IMG/VR virus record: IMGVR_UViG_3300043579_000337
Span: 1-60,141 of that record
Direction: 5' to 3' (one strand)
DNA: 60,141 bases
DNA from: a virus
Lineage: Duplodnaviria; Caudoviricetes
Position 1 is the stretch's first letter. Every line of letters begins with the position of its first letter. Shown piece by piece: positions 54,104 through 60,141 of this stretch. Position numbers and translations under genes: made by a program. The notes beneath the pieces were generated by a model. It ran no database searches. It saw only the letters and a program-made list of their open reading frames with translations, and was not told the origin of the DNA.

Positions 54104-56021
54104 AGTTTGAACCGCGGTCGTCCAAAAAATCTGCCCGATTAGTGGCATCAATTCTGACACCGTTGGGATACTGCCAACTCGAATCGTCATCCGATTCATC
54201 CCCACGGGCTGAGTCAGAATCAGAAGGCACCATCGACGGAATAAATCCGGAACCTTTACGCACCGCATGGACCAACAGCGTAAGCGAATCTGCCTCGTTC
54301 GGAGACGCTTGACTGGTCCGCGTCATGTAATCCCGTTTTGGCTCGACTTTTGTTTGCTTCCCGGCCAGCTTGGACTGCCGCTGGGTAAGCTGCGGCGCGA
54401 GTAGACTCATGTCTATTGAGGGACTCAGCAAAAGATATCCAAACTCCGCAAAATTTCGGAACGCAAACCACAACTCCGCGCACATACGGTCATAGGCTTC
54501 TGCGCAAGTTTGAGTATCCTCCTGCATCAATTTTTCTTCCGACGGACCTGAGGAATAGTTCACCCCATGAATTGACGAGGACCATTCGTGCTTAATCAAG
54601 TCTGCAACTCCCCGCGTATGCCCAGTCTGGTCCACACACAAAAATTGGGGACGAATCATGGCGCGTTTCGCGAACGTAATAACGTGGTCCTTCATCGCCA
54701 CCGTGTCGCCTTTTGGAAGCGTGAACTGCTGCTCAACCTGAAGTCCCCACCGCGGCGTTACGCGCTGGAACTTATCCTTGAACATCACCGTTCGGCCATT
54801 CGGATGTTCTATCGACGGAGGAAGCTTCATGCCCGTCGCGCGCCCCCATTTACCAAGCGTGAACGGCGCCGCGTCGCCGCCGTCGAGCGCAAGGTCGCAT
54901 GCCCCCACTGCAACGGGCGTATCGTGCCAAATAAACTCACCCCGAATTTTGTGAAGCATGCCAGGGGGAATAATCGAAAGCGAAATCCCAGAAGGCGGAT
55001 ATGCGCCACGCCCCATTGAATAATATCCCGCCGTCTCGCGCCCACCCGCATTGCGCGCGATGCGTTCCAAACCCGCTTTATGCTGCAGGTTGGGATAGAT
55101 TATCTTGCCCTGGACTACGTTCTCCGAGCGCTCGCCGTCGAGCCGAAGCACCTCCCACCCGCGCTTTGACTTCCACCGAAAATGTTTTTCAATATCGAAA
55201 CCCTCCCAACCCGTAATCGGCTCCGCGCGCTTGCCCACTTCGTTATGCGGGTCGGTTGGATTGAATGCACCAAAAATTTTGAACCCGCCGACTTCACCCT
55301 CTTCTTCCACGTTCGACAGCACGTTGTCGATATCCTTCCACAATCCCCCCGGGACGTTTTCAATTTCGTCAACGAAAATAAACATCCTCGACAGCGGACC
55401 AAAAATCGGGTGCGGCGATACCCGCGGCTTGCGCTTACCGCCCTGGAGTCGACCGGCCTTTTTGTTGTTGCCCTTTGGAATCACGATACCCTTAATCGAG
55501 CCGAGCTGGTCTCGCCGACTCATGCCGATGAACAGCTCCCCAACTTCTCCTGGCATCGGCAGCTTCGCGGTTCGATGCAGACTGACCAAATGAGAAAAAA
55601 GATTCCGCTCCAAATGGTCTTCATCGGGGCCAATGACTTGAATCGTCGTCCACATCGGGTCTCGAATCCATTCCTGAAACAACCGAACTCCGAGCGAATA
55701 GCTTTTGCTGCACGAGGCACCGCCCATGACGAGGCCGGTATTGGTTTCCTCGAAAAGCTTCCACAAATCCTTTGTAAATCGCGGCTCACATGAAAACTGG
55801 GTCGGAGTCCAAAGAAGTCCAGCGGCTTCCTCGGCCCCGTTACTGTTCAGCAAATAGTGAAGGTAGTGTTGCAGCACTTCGACTGCCGGACCTTCTTTTT
55901 CAATCCGAAGTCCCAGGTTGCAATATTCCGAGACGGAGCGGCCGGCGGAAATGAAATCGCCCACGTGCACGAGCGCAGACACGTCGGACGCAAGCCGTTT
56001 TTCCTGGGGGTCCGTCAACAT
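54096..56021 (-). CDS. terL: terminase large subunit
   Basis: Walker A variant GGASCSKS, Walker B FIFVDE, FNP, nuclease DLALDGGD, VDQTG, SPNEADS. Confidence 0.85.
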   Translation of the reverse strand: MLTDPQEKRLASDVSALVHVGDFISAGRSVSEYCNLGLRIEKEGPAVEVLQHYLHYLLNSNGAEEAAGLLWTPTQFSCEPRFTKDLWKLFEETNTGLVMGGASCSKSYSLGVRLFQEWIRDPMWTTIQVIGPDEDHLERNLFSHLVSLHRTAKLPMPGEVGELFIGMSRRDQLGSIKGIVIPKGNNKKAGRLQGGKRKPRVSPHPIFGPLSRMFIFVDEIENVPGGLWKDIDNVLSNVEEEGEVGGFKIFGAFNPTDPHNEVGKRAEPITGWEGFDIEKHFRWKSKRGWEVLRLDGERSENVVQGKIIYPNLQHKAGLERIARNAGGRETAGYYSMGRGAYPPSGISLSIIPPGMLHKIRGEFIWHDTPVAVGACDLALDGGDAAPFTLGKWGRATGMKLPPSIEHPNGRTVMFKDKFQRVTPRWGLQVEQQFTLPKGDTVAMKDHVITFAKRAMIRPQFLCVDQTGHTRGVADLIKHEWSSSIHGVNYSSGPSEEKLMQEDTQTCAEAYDRMCAELWFAFRNFAEFGYLLLSPSIDMSLLAPQLTQRQSKLAGKQTKVEPKRDYMTRTSQASPNEADSLTLLVHAVRKGSGFIPSMVPSDSDSARGDESDDDSSWQYPNGVRIDATNRADFLDDRGSNYA

Positions 56022-56434
56022 TCGAACCGGTCCGTCGTATCGAAGTTTGCTAAGAAAAAATTGTCCCAGTCCTTGGTCCACGCTGTCTTGAGTATCTGCT
56101 CCACGCCTCGCCGAGTCGCCCACAAAATACCGGGATGATAAAACACAATTCGACTCCGCCGACGCACCGGCGCAAACCCAGAATTAAGAACCGACTTGGG
56201 AACCAGCCACCCGCCGCCGGCGGCATGCAGCGCGAGCCAGGGCAGGGCGAAATCGTGTTTCGCGGGAAGCTTGGCGGTTATCTCCTCGAATAGCGAGCTG
56301 GACCGCGCCTTGCGCGAGGTCAATATCTTTGGTCGCCATCCATGATTCGACCAACTTCGTTCCCAGGCCCGAAAGGATTCGGCCTGTCCCGGCGGGGCGT
56401 CCGGACTGGCGTCGTAATATGAATAGACTATCAC
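56015..56434 (-). CDS. hypothetical, possibly truncated glycosyltransferase-like protein
   Basis: VYSYY...W..SW...GW.P.IL...WLAL..AGGGW, resembling GT32-like N-termini but with no DxD. Confidence 0.5.
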   Translation of the reverse strand: MIVYSYYDASPDAPPGQAESFRAWERSWSNHGWRPKILTSRKARSSSLFEEITAKLPAKHDFALPWLALHAAGGGWLVPKSVLNSGFAPVRRRSRIVFYHPGILWATRRGVEQILKTAWTKDWDNFFLANFDTTDRFEC

Positions 56435-56439
56435 TACTT

Positions 56440-56448
56440 AAACAGTGC
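56440..56448 (-). promoter_or_regulatory. late-gene box GCACTGTTT
   Basis: Just downstream of a terminator; GCACTG ends 8 nt before GTG 56434. Confidence 0.7.
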
Positions 56449-56453
56449 CCCAT

Positions 56454-56484
56454 AAACAAAAATGCCCACCAAAAAGGTGGGCAT
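56454..56484 (-). terminator. intrinsic terminator
   Basis: ATGCCCACC-TTTTT-GGTGGGCAT followed by TTTTGTTT. Confidence 0.8.
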
Positions 56485-56506
56485 ACCGGCCTAAATTGTT
56501 TAAACA

Positions 56507-56725
56507 CTACGGACCCCGTTTCTCACCGTCCTTGGGATGACCGTTCCGAAAATCCGGATGACGCCCGTTTGTGATGCGCGCCAGCCGAAGTTGACGCTGC
56601 TCCGCTTCCAACGCGAGCCGGCGCTCGCACTCAACGCGGAGAGTCTCCCGGGCTTCCTCTACCGCGTCTGTAAACGCCGACGTTCGGCCCTTAAATTTCT
56701 CATACATGAATTGTGCACCGCGCAT
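56507..56725 (-). CDS. hypothetical protein
   Basis: 72 aa; starts 1 nt after the recombinase stop. Confidence 0.6.
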   Translation of the reverse strand: MRGAQFMYEKFKGRTSAFTDAVEEARETLRVECERRLALEAEQRQLRLARITNGRHPDFRNGHPKDGEKRGP

Positions 56726-56726
56726 A

Positions 56727-57497
56727 CTATTCCTCAATTTCTATCATTTTGGTTGGAGTTGTTGAATTAAGCAAATGCTTCACCGTGCCGACACTCCAGG
56801 GCTTCCCATGTCGGGTCCGGAACCCGGACTCGTTGAAATGCTTCGCAATCACAGCGTATTCCATCGGCTGATTGAACTGGTCCAGCACGGAACGAAAATT
56901 GTGAGCCAGATTGATTAGCTCGACTTCCCCCGGTCGAGTGCCGAACGGCTTCTTGCCTTCACATCGGCCGGTCGCCGCCTTCTTGCGGTCGCGCGCGGAG
57001 CGAAGTTTTGAGACCAGCATCGACTTTTCCCACTGCGATAACGCACCGAGGATTTGCCGAATCAGCACCCGGGTCGGGTCTCCCCCGTTGGTCGCCATGT
57101 CAATAAGGGCACCCTGGTCCGCCGCATAAACCTTAAGATTCCGCTTCCGGCACTCCGCCAGGAGAACTTCCGAAACCATCAAGTCACGCGCAAGCCGGTC
57201 CATCCGCTCAACCACAATCGCCGACACACGCGGTTTATTAGTCTCTTCAATCTGCGTTAGCATGCTCGCAAATTCCGGACGGTCTACCGCTTCGACTGTG
57301 CCAGAAACGGCCTGTTCAAAAAATTCCCCGAGCCCTAAATGGTCCGTTAGCAAGTTGTGGGCCTTGCAAAATTTTTGTATTGCCTCTCGCTGGCGGTCCG
57401 GGCCACCTCCGTCAACTTGCCCACGGCCCGAGACCCGGACATAGCTGACAACACGCTCCGGTGCCGGCGGGAGGAAAATAGACGCCGGTGTATTCAT
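56727..57497 (-). CDS. serine recombinase (resolvase catalytic domain plus short recombinase DNA-binding domain)
   Basis: YVRVS, Q, VSG....RPEF, VERMDRLARD; C-terminal IA..FN..G.RTR.GKPWS...V. Confidence 0.92.
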   Translation of the reverse strand: MNTPASIFLPPAPERVVSYVRVSGRGQVDGGGPDRQREAIQKFCKAHNLLTDHLGLGEFFEQAVSGTVEAVDRPEFASMLTQIEETNKPRVSAIVVERMDRLARDLMVSEVLLAECRKRNLKVYAADQGALIDMATNGGDPTRVLIRQILGALSQWEKSMLVSKLRSARDRKKAATGRCEGKKPFGTRPGEVELINLAHNFRSVLDQFNQPMEYAVIAKHFNESGFRTRHGKPWSVGTVKHLLNSTTPTKMIEIEE

Positions 57498-57652
57498 ACG
57501 TAAGGTGGAAAAAGAAAAGGCGGGATTCGCTGCCGAGGATAGAACGGCGGACGAGTCAAAAATGATGGTATCGAATTCCCAATCAACGAACGCCACTGCC
57601 GCCTGCGAAGCATCCTCGACCAATCAGTCCAAGGAAGTCCATTAATTTTCAT
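57494..57652 (-). CDS. small hypothetical protein
   Basis: MKINGLPWTDW..., 52 aa; ATGA-coupled to the recombinase. Confidence 0.4.
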   Translation of the reverse strand: MKINGLPWTDWSRMLRRRQWRSLIGNSIPSFLTRPPFYPRQRIPPFLFPPYV

Positions 57653-57702
57653 AATGTTACTATCGACAAATCGGACCAAGGCAAAAATGTCCGACGCGGG
57701 GC

Positions 57703-57867
57703 TCATCGCGTGAAGCGCGGGGGGCTGAACGTAGCCCGGTAGCACGGGCGTTCCGGATTAATCGGCTCGAACCGCGTGATGCTTTGCTTCACGCCGGCTT
57801 CGTTGGTGTTGTGAAAAACCACCATGCGAAGGTTCTTCTTGACGCTCTCGGAAATTACTTTCTTCAT
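57703..57867 (-). CDS. small hypothetical protein
   Basis: MKKVISESVKKNLR..., 54 aa, behind a promoter. Confidence 0.55.
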   Translation of the reverse strand: MKKVISESVKKNLRMVVFHNTNEAGVKQSITRFEPINPERPCYRATFSPPRFTR

Positions 57868-57876
57868 GTTGCCCTT

Positions 57877-57904
57877 ACTATCGCCATTTGCCGGCAAAAG
57901 TCAA
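57877..57904 (-). promoter_or_regulatory. sigma70-like promoter
   Basis: TTGACT-16 nt-GATAGT; TGnCGATAGTAA recurs at 57657-57668. Confidence 0.55.
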
Positions 57905-57908
57905 GTCC

Positions 57909-57942
57909 AAAAAGGCGAAATCCGCCTTTGCGGGCGGACTCC
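57909..57942 (-). terminator. terminator-like hairpin
   Basis: GTCCGCC-CGCAAA-GGCGGAT followed by TTCGCCTTTTT. Confidence 0.5.
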
Positions 57943-57973
57943 GTTTTATTCGAGGCTCGGTGAGGGGAAACCC

Positions 57974-58144
57974 TTACTTGCCCTTGAGTTTGTCGGATTG
58001 CTCGTTGGTCCAGGCATCGACGACGGCTTTCTTCTTCGGATTTGCCCGAAGGAAAAGATAGCTACCCACGATAGACACCGCGGCAGAAACTACCGCGACC
58101 ACGAAGTGCGAACCATCCAACACTGCTAACAATTCAGTATTCAT
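57974..58144 (-). CDS. 56-aa single-TM membrane protein (not in ORF track)
   Basis: MNTELLAVLDGSHFVVAVVSAAVSIVGSYLFLRANPKKKAVVDAWTNEQSDKLKGK*; late box upstream. Confidence 0.7.
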   Translation of the reverse strand: MNTELLAVLDGSHFVVAVVSAAVSIVGSYLFLRANPKKKAVVDAWTNEQSDKLKGK

Positions 58145-58150
58145 ACACCT

Positions 58151-58159
58151 GAACAGTGC
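58151..58159 (-). promoter_or_regulatory. late-gene box GCACTGTTC
   Basis: Fills the 15-nt gap; GCACTG ends 9 nt before ATG 58144. Confidence 0.7.
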
Positions 58160-59266
58160 CTATTCGCAGGCTGGAACAACCACGCTGTTTGTATCGAGCG
58201 TGACGGCACCGTTGCGCGCGAGCAACCGGCCTTCCACACTGGCGCCGGTCTGCACCGAAATGCTGGTCAGCGCAAGAATGCTCCCTTTGAAAACGGAAGT
58301 AGTTTCCAACGTGGCGGATGCCCCGACTTGCCAGAGCACGTTTTTCGCCTGCGCGCCGCCGGCCAGGATAATTTGCATGCCGGCCGACACCAATAGCGTT
58401 GATGCGATTTGAAAAATGAACACCGCGTCAGCATTGCCCTGCGCGTCCAGCGTAAGGTTTGCCGTGGTAACGGCGAGCGAAGATGTCGATTTGTAGACCC
58501 CGGGGGTAAGCGTTTGCCCGCCCAAGTCGCCGGCTACCGAGGTGCTACCTCCACGACCCTCCAAGTCCAGATACGCGGCGGTCAGCGCGAGCTGCGCATT
58601 GGCCGCTTCCACATCCGTCACGTGTTGCTCCCCGAGCACGATGCCAGGAGGAAAACCGGTAACGGAACTGCCGGGACTCAAACCCAAGTCCCCATCAATA
58701 ATAGTCGCACCGGTGTTCGTAATTGTAGTGCCGGCCAGAATCCCGAAACCGCACGCAGCCAACAACAGTTGCGCGGACTCACCGCCGGCTTCACCAATAC
58801 CAACCGCGCCCGCGTCGGCGCACAGTATCGCGCGCAGCAACGTAGTAAACGGAGAATTCAACAGCCCGGTTTGAAAGGTTCCTGGGCACCCACAAACAAA
58901 GCCGCAGCCATCGCGAAAAACCCGAGCAAGTTCATCGGACGCTTTTTGGTCGAGATGGGCCCCGCCCGAACTGCCACGTTCCATGTAGTCGATTACCCAC
59001 TGAATAATCGCTTGGTCAGCCGCAGACATGCCGGTCTGCTCCCCGAGGCAGAGCACAACTTGCAACAGAGTAGTATACGGAGTTTCGTCGAGTCCTTCCT
59101 GAAAGCTACCGGGGCACCCGCACCGGAATCCGCACATGTTCCGGAACACGCGCGCCAGTTCGTCGGACACTTTCTGGTCGATGTGCGCGTTACCGGCGCC
59201 GCCGCGTTCCATGTAGTCGATTACCCATTGCACGGTGGCCCGCTGTGATTCTGTTAAAACTGCCAT
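58160..59266 (-). CDS. ice-binding-like (DUF3494) protein with duplicated Cys-rich N-terminal unit
   Basis: FGILAG.TITNTG.T.I.GDLGLSPG..VTGFPPG...DLGGQTLTPGVY...LTLDAQGN.DAVFIFQ...GAQAKNV.WQVG.SATL...GRLLARNGAVTLDTN. Confidence 0.92.
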   Translation of the reverse strand: MAVLTESQRATVQWVIDYMERGGAGNAHIDQKVSDELARVFRNMCGFRCGCPGSFQEGLDETPYTTLLQVVLCLGEQTGMSAADQAIIQWVIDYMERGSSGGAHLDQKASDELARVFRDGCGFVCGCPGTFQTGLLNSPFTTLLRAILCADAGAVGIGEAGGESAQLLLAACGFGILAGTTITNTGATIIDGDLGLSPGSSVTGFPPGIVLGEQHVTDVEAANAQLALTAAYLDLEGRGGSTSVAGDLGGQTLTPGVYKSTSSLAVTTANLTLDAQGNADAVFIFQIASTLLVSAGMQIILAGGAQAKNVLWQVGASATLETTSVFKGSILALTSISVQTGASVEGRLLARNGAVTLDTNSVVVPACE

Positions 59267-59291
59267 AAAATTTTTCGTTATTGATGCTATG

Positions 59292-59301
59292 AAAACAGTG
59301 C
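59292..59301 (-). promoter_or_regulatory. late-gene box GCACTGTTTT
   Basis: Intergenic; 29 nt before the DUF3494 ATG. Confidence 0.65.
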
Positions 59302-59325
59302 TCGGATAGGACGACCCTTAATACC

Positions 59326-59559
59326 CTAGGTCAACTTTAAAATAATCTTTATTTGGCTACGCGTGTCGGCCGATGCTTCCGACAAGGCAGCACTAACTTT
59401 TACCACGTCGATTTGACGATGCGTGTCTATCAAATCGATTAAACGAGTCCTCAACGTCTCCAAAAAGAACTCCTCGGAGGTCTGACCACGCACCGCTAAT
59501 TCCGCCGCCAAGGCAGCCTCTTCCTCCGCATCAGTATCAATTTTTATCTGGTATTCCAT
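59326..59559 (-). CDS. hypothetical protein
   Basis: 77 aa, MEYQIKID... Confidence 0.65.
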   Translation of the reverse strand: MEYQIKIDTDAEEEAALAAELAVRGQTSEEFFLETLRTRLIDLIDTHRQIDVVKVSAALSEASADTRSQIKIILKLT

Positions 59560-59563
59560 ATTT

Positions 59564-60141
59564 TTAATTTTGCACAAGGATTACAACAAAACTAGTGTCA
59601 CACCGAACCGCCGCCGCCGTTCCACCCGAAATGGTCGATACTTTAATCCGCGCCAACGCCGGATACTTCTGAAATGGTAGCAACAACGTAGTGGCATTCG
59701 TGTTGGTAGCAACCGCCGCGTTGGCCTGATAGGTGTAAACCGTAGAAAGCGTCCGGTCCAAAGTATGAACGGTAGCTTGCATCCGAACATCCTGGTCGTT
59801 ATTGATTGCGTGCGCACGCCAATTCGGAATATATGCCGTATATCCCGTAGGAACCATAAACCGAGCCGTCATAGATTTATTTCCCCCCAAAGAAATTTGT
59901 TCAACTTCCACCACGCCGCCATTAATCCTCAATCGAATATTACCCGCGGCGCGACCCCCGCTGCCGACCGTAACAGCTTCCATCCAAAGCACCTCATTGA
60001 CTCCCGTCAACACGCCCGTAACAAGCGTAGTCCCATTTAAATTTATTGCCGGAGACTCAACCAAATTATTGCTACTGTTGATATACACGACCTTGACTTG
60101 CCGAACACCGGTGCCCGCCGTGTTTGTATCCGCCACATTGG
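59564..60141 (-). CDS. phage structural beta-rich protein, 5'-truncated
   Basis: DT..GTG.R.V...LNGT..V...GS...AG.I...N.S..A.F.VP.GYTAY pattern; open to the window edge. Confidence 0.7.
   Translation of the reverse strand, partial: NVADTNTAGTGVRQVKVVYINSSNNLVESPAINLNGTTLVTGVLTGVNEVLWMEAVTVGSGGRAAGNIRLRINGGVVEVEQISLGGNKSMTARFMVPTGYTAYIPNWRAHAINNDQDVRMQATVHTLDRTLSTVYTYQANAAVATNTNATTLLLPFQKYPALARIKVSTISGGTAAAVRCDTSFVVILVQN

Noticed and set aside
56727-57497. IS607-type transposon
   Set aside because: No N-terminal MerR-like HTH and no tnpB; domain order is catalytic then DNA-binding.
57974-58144. Frameshift in the small membrane gene
   Set aside because: Recounting the T run shows the frame is intact.
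1-60141. Stop-codon reassignment, tRNA genes, reverse transcriptase
   Set aside because: Genes are full length in the standard code using all three stops; no cloverleaf or YxDD RT recognised by eye (tRNAscan not run).

Overview
The window is a near-complete, roughly 55% GC genome of a tailed dsDNA phage with podovirus-type architecture, cut inside genes at both ends. It has two convergent arms that meet at about 21025. The + strand arm (1-21029) carries small early genes, nucleotide-metabolism enzymes, an SF2 helicase, a DUF2800-type nuclease, an SSB candidate, a family A DNA polymerase, a primase-helicase, a phage sigma factor, a RuvC-like resolvase and a phosphoesterase. The - strand arm (60141-21024) carries an ice-binding-like DUF3494 protein, a serine-recombinase cassette, terminase, portal and scaffold. 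It continues with a six-gene glycosylation cluster (4 glycosyltransferase-like genes, a GDP-mannose epimerase and gmd), a Cys-rich major capsid protein, collagen fibres, tail adaptor/nozzle and ejection proteins, ending in a modular protein of about 2250 aa. The most notable signals are: (1) a self-contained GDP-sugar and glycosyltransferase module inside the head operon, suggesting virion glycosylation; (2) a late-expressed DUF3494 ice-binding domain with a duplicated Cys-rich N-terminal unit; (3) a repeated RCACTGTTT box 8-11 nt before late-gene start codons, a likely target of the phage sigma factor; (4) a highly structured capsid-gene leader with tandem pseudoknots; (5) FQP and VEPR peptide motifs in the ejection proteins; (6) apparent genome-wide avoidance of GATC and GTAC. 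All calls come from reading motifs by eye. No database search or folding was run.
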